A stretch of DNA of 64,000 nt from Myxococcota bacterium (GTDB lineage Bacteria > Myxococcota_A > UBA796 > SXON01), in NCBI GenBank assembly GCA_040386535.1, contig JAZKFH010000018.1, positions 32,001 through 96,000 on the forward strand, given 5' to 3'. Position 1 is the first letter of the stretch. Every line of letters starts with the position of its first letter. The position numbers and the translations under genes are program-made. The notes below the pieces were generated by a model that was given only the letters and a program-made list of their open reading frames with translations, made no database searches and was not told where the DNA came from. This document shows, one piece after another, positions 50,534 through 59,642 of this stretch.

Positions 50534-52128
50534 TCGCGGCGGCGCTGCTCCTCGGGCTCGCGAGCCCCGCGCTCGCGGACGCACCGGACAACTGGAAGTT
50601 CAAGCTCGACGGTTACTACCGCGTGCGCGCCAACGTCTTCGGGGACCTGTACCAGGGCCAGGAGAAGGCGGGCACCTACATGACCCACCGGATCCGGCTC
50701 CAGCCGGAGCTGAACTTCGAGGACCGCGCCAAGTTCTTCGTGATGATCGACGCGCTGGACGGCGTGCTCTGGGGCGACAACTCGTCGCAAGCCAGCACCG
50801 CGTTGTTCGCCGGGGATCCCTCGCTGACCGGCATCGACGGGCAGGAGGTCGCGCCCGTGCAGGTCAAGCGCGCGTGGCTCGAGTTCAAGGTGCCCGTGGG
50901 CCTGTTGCGCGTGGGCCGCCAGGGCTCCCAGTGGGGCATGGGCCTCTTGGCGAACGACGGCAACGGGTTCGACGACAGCTTCGGCGAGAACAAGTACGGC
51001 GCGACCTACGACCGCGCGATCTTCGCCACCCGGCCCATCTCGATCATCCAGACCATCGCCGGCAAGCGTGACACCAACATCCCGCTCATCGTGGCGGTGG
51101 GTGTGGACCGCCTGGTCGAGGATCCGCTCATCCAGTACTACGGGTACAGCTGCGATCCCACCAACCCCGCCGAGGGCTGCGAGGACACGGAGAACCACGG
51201 GTTCACCGAGGACCGCGACGCGGAGCGCCGCACCGACGGCTGGTGGGCCGATCCGGCCGACGACGTCTGGGAGATGGTGTACGTCATCCGGTACGCCGGC
51301 GAGGGCCTGAAGCTGCCGGGCGGCCAGGTGGGCGACATCACGGCCGGGATGTACGCGGTGAACCGCGTGCAGACCGAGACCGCCTCGAACGTGCTCATCC
51401 TCGACGGGTACCTCAAGGCCGAGGTCGCGGGCGTGTTCGTCGAGGGCGAGGTGCTCCACATCGGGGGCGACACCCGCGCGATCACGCTCCTGAACGGGGA
51501 CCCCGAGGCCGCCGATCCGCTCTACAAGAAGGCGGACATCTGGGGCTACGTGGCGCGCGGCGGCTACCAGACCGAGCTGTGGACCGCCACGTTCGAGCAC
51601 GGCTACGCCTCGGGCGACGACTCCGTGACCGACGTGAACTTCACCGGGCGGCCGCTCGCCCCCGACCACAACGTGGGCCTGCTCCTGTACGAAGAGATCC
51701 TCGCGCGCGTGACCGCGTCGGGCTGGGGCGAGGACGCGCGCGGCCTCTGGAGCAACGGCGGCGTGTACAACAGCCGCTACATCTTCCCGACGGTGCGGGT
51801 GCGCCCGCTCAAGAACTGGGAGATCATCGGCGGGTTCCTCACGGCGTGGCCCGACCGGCCCGACGGCGTGAACATCCGCTGCGCTCCCGGGGATGCGGTG
51901 GAGTGCACGCAGACCAACGCCACCTCGCCCACCCTCGGGTGGGAGGCCGACCTGGCGCTCAAGCACCGCTTCCACGATCACGTCAACTTCACGCTCGAAG
52001 GTGGGTACGCCCACATCACCGATCGCCTGCCGCTCAAGAGCGCCGGGCTCGGCTACTACGTGAACGGGGCGGGCGCCGAGGTCGGAAACTTCTGGACAGT
52101 CCAGTCCCGCATCGCGTACGAGTTCTGA
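50530..52128 (+). CDS. Outer-membrane beta-barrel protein (alginate-export/porin-like)
   Basis: Signal peptide (ALA|D); LDGYYRVR, LRVGRQGSQWGMGLLANDG, GYASGD, LGWEADL; C-terminal aromatic signature IAYEF. Confidence 0.8.
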   Translation: MIAAALLLGLASPALADAPDNWKFKLDGYYRVRANVFGDLYQGQEKAGTYMTHRIRLQPELNFEDRAKFFVMIDALDGVLWGDNSSQASTALFAGDPSLTGIDGQEVAPVQVKRAWLEFKVPVGLLRVGRQGSQWGMGLLANDGNGFDDSFGENKYGATYDRAIFATRPISIIQTIAGKRDTNIPLIVAVGVDRLVEDPLIQYYGYSCDPTNPAEGCEDTENHGFTEDRDAERRTDGWWADPADDVWEMVYVIRYAGEGLKLPGGQVGDITAGMYAVNRVQTETASNVLILDGYLKAEVAGVFVEGEVLHIGGDTRAITLLNGDPEAADPLYKKADIWGYVARGGYQTELWTATFEHGYASGDDSVTDVNFTGRPLAPDHNVGLLLYEEILARVTASGWGEDARGLWSNGGVYNSRYIFPTVRVRPLKNWEIIGGFLTAWPDRPDGVNIRCAPGDAVECTQTNATSPTLGWEADLALKHRFHDHVNFTLEGGYAHITDRLPLKSAGLGYYVNGAGAEVGNFWTVQSRIAYEF

Positions 52129-52820
52129 TGCTCTGGCCGCTCGTCGCGTCGGTGTTCGTTCGGGTAGCGCTCGCCGGGGTGCCCGAGGAGCTCACCGTCG
52201 CGGCTGACACCGACCTGCCGACCGAGCTGCGCCAGGCCGCGTTCGATCGCCTCGCGGTGCCCGGCAACGTGGCCGCGCTCACCCGCATGGGCGACGCCGC
52301 GGACACGCCGAAACCGCACCGGTGGGTAGCCATCCGCGCGCTCGGCCCCATCCAGGACGACGAGGCGCGCGTGGCGCTCCTCCACTTCCTGGCCGCGAAG
52401 GACGCCTCTGCCCGCATGGCCGCGCTCGGCGCCATCGGCGACCGCGGCGACCGCACCCTGTCCGGCTACGCCGCCGCCCGCCTCAGTGACCCCGCGCTGC
52501 TCGTGCGCGCTGCAGCCGCCGACGCGCTGGCCCGCCTGGGCGACCCCGGCACGCTGGCCGACCTCGAGCGCGCGCTGCAGGACCCCACGAACCACTACCG
52601 GGGCGCGTCCTTGTGGTTCCGACGCCACCTCGTCGAGGCGATGGGCGCCATCGGCACCGACGCCGCCTCGCCCTACCTGGCGCGCGCGCTGGACGACGCC
52701 GATCCCGAGGTGGTCACCGCCGCGGTAGCCGGGCTCGAGAAGACCGCCGGGTTCTCGTACCGCGAGGGGCGGACGCCGGACCAGGAGCGGACGGCGTGGA
52801 AGCGGTGGGCGGGGCGCTGA
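52128..52820 (+). CDS. Exported HEAT/PBS-repeat protein
   Basis: Signal-like N-terminus; repeats DPALLVRAAAADALARLG and DADPEVVTAAVAGL; TGATG overlap. Confidence 0.8.
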   Translation: MLWPLVASVFVRVALAGVPEELTVAADTDLPTELRQAAFDRLAVPGNVAALTRMGDAADTPKPHRWVAIRALGPIQDDEARVALLHFLAAKDASARMAALGAIGDRGDRTLSGYAAARLSDPALLVRAAAADALARLGDPGTLADLERALQDPTNHYRGASLWFRRHLVEAMGAIGTDAASPYLARALDDADPEVVTAAVAGLEKTAGFSYREGRTPDQERTAWKRWAGR

Positions 52821-52853
52821 CGTTCGCGGCCCGCTGAACGAGGGCCCGCCGAG

Positions 52854-53609
52854 CTAGCGGGTGACCTGGAGCTTCAGCACGGTCTTCCCGACGCCGATCG
52901 TGTCTCCGCTGCGGAGGCGGCCCACCGTGACGCGGCGGCCGTTGTGGTAGGTGCCGTTGGTGCTGCCGAGGTCCCGCAGGAAGATCATCTCGCGGCCGAA
53001 CACCTCGATGACGGAGTGCCGGCGGGACACCTCGCCGTCAGACAACGGGACCTCTCCCGCGCGCCGGCCGACGTTCACATTGCCGCGGGTGAAGCGGAAC
53101 ACCTTGCCGGTGTCCTGCCCCGCGACGACCTCGACCAGGGCGTTGAGCCCCGGCGGGAGGCGGAGATCCTGCCCGATCACGTCGGCGGTGGAGCGGGTGC
53201 GCTCGCCGCTGCCGGCGAGCTCGACGAGCTCCTCGTCCAGCAGCCACGCGATCTCGAGCTGGTTTTGCGGCGTGTCCTTCGCGGCGGCGGGATCCGGATC
53301 GTCCCCCGCCTCGGAGGCGCCGGTGAACAGGATCAGCCGCGTGGCGCCGATCGCGACCTCGTTGCCCGGCTTGAGCACGACCTCGCGGACCAGCCGGCCG
53401 TCGACCATGGTGCCGTTGGTGCTGCCGAGATCCTGGAGCACGTAGTCGCCGTTGCGGGCGAAGATCTGGCAGTGGCGGCCGCTGACGAGCGGATCGTCGA
53501 GCAACAGATCCCCCTCCTTGCGGCCGACCACGAGGGGCTCACGCGCGGGGAGCGGGACGTTGAGGCCCTGGCGGACCCCGGCGACGATCTTGAGGAAGGA
53601 GCGGGACAT
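52854..53609 (-). CDS. Double FHA-domain protein
   Basis: Two FHA domains, each with GR...VSxxH...DLGSTNGT. Confidence 0.9.
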   Translation of the reverse strand: MSRSFLKIVAGVRQGLNVPLPAREPLVVGRKEGDLLLDDPLVSGRHCQIFARNGDYVLQDLGSTNGTMVDGRLVREVVLKPGNEVAIGATRLILFTGASEAGDDPDPAAAKDTPQNQLEIAWLLDEELVELAGSGERTRSTADVIGQDLRLPPGLNALVEVVAGQDTGKVFRFTRGNVNVGRRAGEVPLSDGEVSRRHSVIEVFGREMIFLRDLGSTNGTYHNGRRVTVGRLRSGDTIGVGKTVLKLQVTR

Positions 53610-53622
53610 CTATTGCAAAGAC

Positions 53623-54570
53623 CTAGCGACTGACCGCTCGCGACGCGGCACGGCGCCGAGCGCCGCGGTGGTACTGGTGGTAGCGGCCGGGGAGCTCGCG
53701 GCCGAGCAGGGTCGCGGCGTACTCGCCCGCGTCCGCCAGCGCGTCCAGATCGACGCCGGTGGAGACGCCCATCTGCTCGAACATGTAGACGAGGTCTTCC
53801 GTGGCGAGGTTGCCCGCGGCGCCGGGCGCGTAGGGGCAGCCGCCGAGGCCGGCGACGGCCCCGTCAAACGTGCCGATGCCGACGCGCCACGCGGTGAGCG
53901 CGTTCGCGAGCGCGGTGCCGCGCGTGTCGTGGAAGTGGACGGCCATGCGATCGACCGGGACGCCGCCGTCCTGCAGGAACGCGATGACGCGCTCGACCTG
54001 GAGCGGCGTGCCCATGCCGGTCGTGTCGCCCAGCACGACCTCGTCCGCGCCCGCCGCCAGGAGCTTCGACGCGATGTCGAGCGTGGCCTCGGCCGCGACC
54101 TCGCCCTCGTAGGGGCAGCCGAACACGGTGGAGATGTACCCACGCGTGCGCAGGCCCTCCTCCTTCGCGACCCCGAGGACCTCCTCGATGCCGGCGAGGC
54201 TCTCGCGGATGGTGCGGTTGACGTTCTTCTTGTTGTGGGTCTCGCTGGCCGACATGAACGTGGCGATGCCGCCGATGCCGCTCTCGAGCGCGCGTTCGAG
54301 CCCCACGCGGTTGGGGACGAGGCCCCACGCGCGCGCGGTACCGTTGGCGAAGGCGGGCACGCGCGGCAGGAGGCTCACGAGCTCCGCGGCGTCGGCCAGC
54401 TGGGGGATCCAGCGGGGGCGCACGAAGCTGGTGACCTCGATGTCGGCGAGGCCGGACGCCGCGAGGCGCGCGATGAGCTCGGCCTTCTCGGCCGAGGGGA
54501 CGACCGCGGCCTCGTTCTGGAGGCCGTCACGCGGGGCGACCTCGTAGATTCGGACGGAGGGAAGGCTCAT
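53623..54570 (-). CDS. Hydroxymethylglutaryl-CoA lyase
   Basis: EVAPRDGLQNE, FGCPYEG, HFHDTRG, GLGGCPYAPGAAGNLATED. Confidence 0.93.
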   Translation of the reverse strand: MSLPSVRIYEVAPRDGLQNEAAVVPSAEKAELIARLAASGLADIEVTSFVRPRWIPQLADAAELVSLLPRVPAFANGTARAWGLVPNRVGLERALESGIGGIATFMSASETHNKKNVNRTIRESLAGIEEVLGVAKEEGLRTRGYISTVFGCPYEGEVAAEATLDIASKLLAAGADEVVLGDTTGMGTPLQVERVIAFLQDGGVPVDRMAVHFHDTRGTALANALTAWRVGIGTFDGAVAGLGGCPYAPGAAGNLATEDLVYMFEQMGVSTGVDLDALADAGEYAATLLGRELPGRYHQYHRGARRRAASRAVSR

Positions 54571-55592
54571 TTCTCTCCCATTAACACAGATCGGAGCGGA
54601 TCCGGCTGCAGCAAGAAGCCGAGCACCGCGGCCCAGGAGTAAGCACGGGTCCGCGCTTGTTCCAGGGCCAACCAGCCGGTGTCCTCGGTGAAGGACGCGG
54701 AGAGCTCGGGCCCACGCCGCTCAGGGGCCCGGTGGAGAAACACGCAGCCCCCGCGCGCGCCGCGCACCGCGTGCCGCTGGACGGAGTAGCCGCGGAACCG
54801 CTCGGCCCCGCCTTCGGGCCAGGGCTCCGCGTAGATGGCGTGCGCGTCCTGCAGCGCCTCGGCGAGCTCGGTGGTGACGTGCACCGCCGCGCGCGTGAGC
54901 CCGGCCCGCTCGCGTGCCCAGGTGACGCGCTCGACATCCGGGGCGAAGCCCACCGGGTGCGCCACGGACACCGAGAGCCCGAGGGTGGTGCCGGCCACGA
55001 GCAGATCGTGGAGGAGCCCGGAGGCGTCCCCCACCCAGGCGAGCTTGCGCCCTTCGAGCCCGCCGAGCGCGCGCTCGAGGACGAAGAGGTCGGCCAGGGC
55101 GCCGGCCGGATCGCCGCCGGGCCCGCCCGCCTCGATGACCGGCACCCCCGCGCGCTCGGCCATGGCCGCGAGCACCGCCGCCGGGAGCCCCGCGCCGAGG
55201 AGCGCCGGATGGAGCGCGCCGAGCCTCTCCCCCGCCACACCGGGATCGCCGAGCCGCGCGACCTCGTCCGGGCCGTACGTGACGATGCGCAGCCCGAGGA
55301 GCGCGGCGCCGGCCTCGATGGCGGCGCGCACGTAGGGCACCGGCTCCCCGAGGAGGAGCGCGATCGGCGTCACCGTACGGATCGCGTGATGTTCGCCCCG
55401 GCGCAAGGCATACGCGCGGCCCCGCAGTTCGCGGAGCGTCGCGGCGCTGGTGGTCCCGAGGTTGAGGAGCGAGCGGATGGCCGGGTCCCGGGTGACCGCG
55501 CGATCGTATCCGAGCGGGCGCTCGCCTGCCGGATCCGCGTCCCGCAGCGGCATGGGCGCGCCCGTGTCGTCGGTCATGCGCTCCACCGTCAT
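54567..55592 (-). CDS. Ornithine carbamoyltransferase-fold protein lacking catalytic motifs
   Basis: AGVPVIEA, ALADL, LEGRKLAWVGD, LQDAHAIY, EQARTR; STRT, HPxQ and HCLP absent; start uncertain. Confidence 0.7.
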   Translation of the reverse strand: MTVERMTDDTGAPMPLRDADPAGERPLGYDRAVTRDPAIRSLLNLGTTSAATLRELRGRAYALRRGEHHAIRTVTPIALLLGEPVPYVRAAIEAGAALLGLRIVTYGPDEVARLGDPGVAGERLGALHPALLGAGLPAAVLAAMAERAGVPVIEAGGPGGDPAGALADLFVLERALGGLEGRKLAWVGDASGLLHDLLVAGTTLGLSVSVAHPVGFAPDVERVTWARERAGLTRAAVHVTTELAEALQDAHAIYAEPWPEGGAERFRGYSVQRHAVRGARGGCVFLHRAPERRGPELSASFTEDTGWLALEQARTRAYSWAAVLGFLLQPDPLRSVLMGEK

Positions 55593-56254
55593 GCGCTCCA
55601 CCGGGGGTCGGGCCAGCTGAACACGGCGTCGGCGCCCTCGTGGGCAGAGGTGACGTGGAACGCCTCGGCGGGGAAGTGCCGCGCGAGCTCGCCGCGGAAG
55701 ATCCCGTGGAGCGGCGCCTCGATGTCGGGGCTGGACACGAGGCGCACCCGCGCCGTCGGCGGGACGGGGATCGTCGCGAGCCACGCGGCGTACGCGGAGA
55801 CCCGGCGGCGGGCCTGCTCGCGGGTGACGCCGGTGAGCACCAGGACGATCGGCACGCCGGGCGCCGCGTCGAAGCGCACCTTCCCCATCGGATCGTCGGA
55901 GACGGTGCGGGCGCTGTCCCGCACGGTCCCGAGCCACGTCGCGACGGGCTCTGCGGGAGGGGAGGGCTCGACGGTGTCGCCGGCAGCGTCGGTGGCGGGC
56001 GCCGCCGGGCGGGCCGGCCAGGGGCGCGGCGCGTCGCGGGTGAGCGGACGCACGGGATGGCGCGCCCGCGGCCGCGCATGCCAGATCTGCACGAGGAACA
56101 ACACCGCGCCCACCGTGAGGAACGGCGGCCAGAACGGGAACCCGACCTTCGACTCCAGCTCGACGATCGTGAGCGCCAGCGGGGAGACGCGGTCGAAGTG
56201 CGACAGCCAGGCGAGCGCGGCGCCGGCGGCGAACAGGACGAGCGGGACGAACAT
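55589..56254 (-). CDS. Hypothetical membrane protein
   Basis: Two N-terminal TM segments, Pro/Ala linker, globular C-terminus; stop overlaps the next ATG. Confidence 0.6.
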   Translation of the reverse strand: MFVPLVLFAAGAALAWLSHFDRVSPLALTIVELESKVGFPFWPPFLTVGAVLFLVQIWHARPRARHPVRPLTRDAPRPWPARPAAPATDAAGDTVEPSPPAEPVATWLGTVRDSARTVSDDPMGKVRFDAAPGVPIVLVLTGVTREQARRRVSAYAAWLATIPVPPTARVRLVSSPDIEAPLHGIFRGELARHFPAEAFHVTSAHEGADAVFSWPDPRWSA

Positions 56255-56514
56255 GGGGGAAGGATAGGCGATCCGCGCGGTTGCGACCATGGGGCGGGCG
56301 CCGCGCCCGTCGAGCAGCACGTCCCCGGCCCAGCGGGGCTGGAGGGGCGCCTGCTCGGAGGCGCGTCGGCGGCTCGGCGCCGACCGAGCGCGGGAGCGCG
56401 AGCCCGGAAGACACGCGGCGGCGCGGCTCGGCGCGACGCGGGCCCCCGCTGGAGACCCGGCGATGGAGGTGCGGCGCCTGTGATGCGGCCCCGCGGCCGG
56501 GATAGTCGGAGCCG

Positions 56515-58002
56515 ATGAGCACCGCGAACGACAGCCCGCCCTCCTCCGCCGCGCCCGCCACGACGGAGGCCGCCACGACCCCGGCTTCGCACGACAGCGG
56601 CACGCCGCCGGCGCTGCTCGACTTCATGTTGCAGGGCTGGGGCCCGCGCAAGGAGGACGGCTGGGAGCCGGTGAAGCACGCCGCCGCGCACAAGGCGCGT
56701 CGCGACGCGCTGGCGTACCGGTTCCCCGGCGAGCTCCTGGTGATCCCGACGGGCCACGAGCAGGTGCGCTCGAACGACACCCACTTCCGCTTCCGGCCCG
56801 GCAGCGACTTCTTCTGGCTCACGGGCTGCCACGAGGCCGACAACGTGCTGGTCGTGGAGCCGCTGCCCGAGCACGGCCACCGCACCGTGCTGTTCTGCGA
56901 GCCGAACAATCGTGACAGCGCCGCGTTCTTCACCGACCGCAAGAAGGGCGAGCTGTGGGTGGGGGCGCGCCTCGGGCTCGCGGGCAGCCAGGCGCGGTTC
57001 GGGGTGGACGAGTGCCGGCCGCTCTCCGAGCTCGCCGCGTTCCTGCAAGCGGCGAAGGCGCCGCGGCGCCTGTTGCGCGGGTTCGCCCCCTCGATCGACG
57101 CCGCGATCGGGACCGAGGCCACCAGCAAGGACGACGCCGAGCTCACCACCTGGCTCTCCGAGGCCCGGCTGATCAAGGACCCCACCGAGGTCGAGGAGCT
57201 CCGCGTGTCGATCGACGCGACGAAGCGCGGCTTCGAGGACGTGATCCGCGCGCTCCGCACGGCGCCGACCGAACGGTGGGTCGAAGGCGTGTTCGGGCTC
57301 CGCGCGCGCGTGGAGGGCAACGACGTGGGCTACGGCACGATCGCCGCCTGCGGCGCGCACGCCTGCGTGCTGCACTGGACCCGCAACGACGGCGCCCTGC
57401 CCCCCGGCGAGCTGCTCCTGCTCGACGCCGGTGTGGAGGGCCACTCGCTCTACACCGCCGACATCACGCGCACGCTGCCGGTGTCGGGCACGTTCACCCC
57501 GCCCCAGCGCCGCATCTACGAGCTGGTGTGGCGCGCGCAGCGGGCGGCCCTCGCGGCCGTGCGCCCGGGCGCCGATTTCCTCGAGCCCAACCGCGCCGCG
57601 ATGAAGGTGCTGGCCGAGGGGCTGTTCAACCTCGGGATCATGAAGGTGAGCCCCGAGGAGGCGCTGCGGGAGGATCGCCAGCTGTACAAGCGCTGGACGC
57701 TGCACAACGTGAGCCACATGCTCGGCATCGACGTTCACGACTGCGCGAAGGCGCGGCAGGAGTCCTACAAGTTCGGCAAGCTCGAGGCCGGCATGGTGCT
57801 CACCATCGAGCCCGGCCTGTACTTCCAGCCGGATGACGAGACGGTGGCCGAGGAGTACCGCGGCATCGGCATCCGCATCGAGGACGACGTGGTCGTCACC
57901 GCGGACGGATGCGAGAACCTCTCCGCGCACATCCCCACCGGCATGAGCGACGTGGAGGCGTGGATCGCGGGGCTCTGGGCCGAAGCGACGCCGCGCGACT
58001 AG
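56515..58002 (+). CDS. pepP: Xaa-Pro aminopeptidase (M24B)
   Basis: RSNDTHFRFRP.SDF.WLTG; metal ligands in LLDAG, YTADIT, SHMLG, TIEPG, RIEDD. Confidence 0.93.
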   Translation: MSTANDSPPSSAAPATTEAATTPASHDSGTPPALLDFMLQGWGPRKEDGWEPVKHAAAHKARRDALAYRFPGELLVIPTGHEQVRSNDTHFRFRPGSDFFWLTGCHEADNVLVVEPLPEHGHRTVLFCEPNNRDSAAFFTDRKKGELWVGARLGLAGSQARFGVDECRPLSELAAFLQAAKAPRRLLRGFAPSIDAAIGTEATSKDDAELTTWLSEARLIKDPTEVEELRVSIDATKRGFEDVIRALRTAPTERWVEGVFGLRARVEGNDVGYGTIAACGAHACVLHWTRNDGALPPGELLLLDAGVEGHSLYTADITRTLPVSGTFTPPQRRIYELVWRAQRAALAAVRPGADFLEPNRAAMKVLAEGLFNLGIMKVSPEEALREDRQLYKRWTLHNVSHMLGIDVHDCAKARQESYKFGKLEAGMVLTIEPGLYFQPDDETVAEEYRGIGIRIEDDVVVTADGCENLSAHIPTGMSDVEAWIAGLWAEATPRD

Positions 58003-58048
58003 CTTGACCGAGCGGTCCCGCCGCGTCGGGCGGGCCATCGGAGGGGCC

Positions 58049-58618
58049 ATGGCGGACGATCGGAGGGACGGGGATGTCGCCACGTTGCGGCGGCACCCGG
58101 AGAGCTGGGCCACCGGGGACGAGCCGATGACGGGCCCCCAGGCTGCCTACCTGCGCACGTTGTGTCGCGACGCGGGCATCAACTTCGAGGAGACGCTGAC
58201 GAAGGCGGAGGCGTCCAAGCGCATCGATGCGCTGCGACGGCGCACGGGGCGGGAGGAGGCGCCGGCGTTGCCCGAGGGCCGGACCGCCGCCGAGGTGCTC
58301 GCCGACCACCTGCATCGTCGGGAGGCGGGCGACCTCGAAGCGGACCTGCACACCAACTACGACGAGCACGTGGTGGTGCTCGCGGCGTCGGGGGTGCACT
58401 ACGGGCACGACGGCGTGCGCTACCTGACACTGCTGCTGCGCGAGGAGCTGCCGGAGCCGCGGTTCACGTGGCGGACGGCGCTCGCGGACGGGGAGACGGC
58501 GCTGGTGGAGTGGGCCGCCCGGGGCGCGGACGAGACCGAGGAGGAGGGGGTGGACAGCTACGTGATCCGCAACGGGCGCATCGTGGCGCGCACGGTCCAC
58601 GTGCGGAGCTGGCGGTAG
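58049..58618 (+). CDS. DUF3072-like domain fused to a SnoaL/NTF2-like domain
   Basis: WATGDEPMTGPQAAYLRTL...LTKAEASKRID, then GDLEADL..NY, GVHYGHDGV, GVDSYVIRNGRI. Confidence 0.7.
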   Translation: MADDRRDGDVATLRRHPESWATGDEPMTGPQAAYLRTLCRDAGINFEETLTKAEASKRIDALRRRTGREEAPALPEGRTAAEVLADHLHRREAGDLEADLHTNYDEHVVVLAASGVHYGHDGVRYLTLLLREELPEPRFTWRTALADGETALVEWAARGADETEEEGVDSYVIRNGRIVARTVHVRSWR

Positions 58619-58643
58619 CGCCGCGGAACGCCCTCCCTGGCGG

Positions 58644-58940
58644 CTAGTGCGCGTCGCCACCGAAGGCGCGTTGGACCGCCTCGACGACATCCTCCAGGCC
58701 GTCGGGGATCACCACCGGCGCCCAGCGGTTGCGCTCGCGGAGCCGGGACTCGAGGCGGTTGCGCTCGGCGAGCGCGGTGGGGCCGCCGACGACCATCGCG
58801 TCGACGTCGTGCTGCGCGATCGCGCGCATGCCGGCCTGGGGGCCCACCGCGGCGATGGCCTGCCACCCCTCTGCGCGGAGCGCCTCGGTGACGTGACGGG
58901 TGACGACGGGGTGGCTGCCGACGACGAGGATGGTGGCCAT
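58644..58940 (-). CDS. Small atypical receiver-like protein
   Basis: TILVVG...EALRAEGWQA...DVDAMVVGG; acidic pocket and phospho-Asp missing. Confidence 0.55.
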   Translation of the reverse strand: MATILVVGSHPVVTRHVTEALRAEGWQAIAAVGPQAGMRAIAQHDVDAMVVGGPTALAERNRLESRLRERNRWAPVVIPDGLEDVVEAVQRAFGGDAH

Positions 58941-58998
58941 GGTGGGCTCCTGCCGCCACGCGCTAACACAGCGGTAGGCGACGCGATGGAACAGTTGT

Positions 58999-59586
58999 TC
59001 AGAAGCCGGCGCCGACGGTGACTCCGCCGAAGCCGACTACAGGGCCGGGCGTGCCGACGACCGTGGGCGCCGCCGGGACCCACGCGGCGCCGCCGCCGAT
59101 CTCGAAGGTGACGTAGGCCCGGGAGTGCGGCCACCAGCGTGCCTTGACGCCCGCGGAGAGCTCGGGGCCGGCGGCCTCGACCTGGTCGGGCGTGGTGGCC
59201 GGCCCGAAGCGGAAGCCGGGCGCGTCGATGCCGTTGGTCACCTCGGTCAAACCCGCGCCGAGCATCAGGGCGGCCTCGGCCGCGCCCCGGCGGACGCGCG
59301 CGGCGGCGTAGCGCAAACGGAGGTGCATGGTGTCGGGCACGTCGCGGGTGTGGAGCACGCCGGCGCCGTTGCCGCACGCCTCCAGGGAGAGGCGATCGAG
59401 CGGGGTGACCTCGGCGCAGATCGTGGGGAGCGGCGCCTTGTCGCCGCCGAGCGCGGTGGTGTCGACGCCGCCGCGCAGCTCGAGGACGGGGTGCCCGGCG
59501 ATGGGGCGGGGCACGACCGCGGTGGTGGAGGATCCCTCGTCCGCGACGGCGACCGGGACCCACACGAGCGAGAGGAAGGCGAGCAT
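58999..59586 (-). CDS. Small outer-membrane beta-barrel-like protein
   Basis: Signal peptide (AVA|D); alternating beta strands; C-terminal VTVGAGF. Confidence 0.55.
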   Translation of the reverse strand: MLAFLSLVWVPVAVADEGSSTTAVVPRPIAGHPVLELRGGVDTTALGGDKAPLPTICAEVTPLDRLSLEACGNGAGVLHTRDVPDTMHLRLRYAAARVRRGAAEAALMLGAGLTEVTNGIDAPGFRFGPATTPDQVEAAGPELSAGVKARWWPHSRAYVTFEIGGGAAWVPAAPTVVGTPGPVVGFGGVTVGAGF

Positions 59587-59642
59587 CTGCCACCCACGTA
59601 AACCCCGGGCGGCGGCCGACGAGCGGCCCATCCGGAGCCGGA

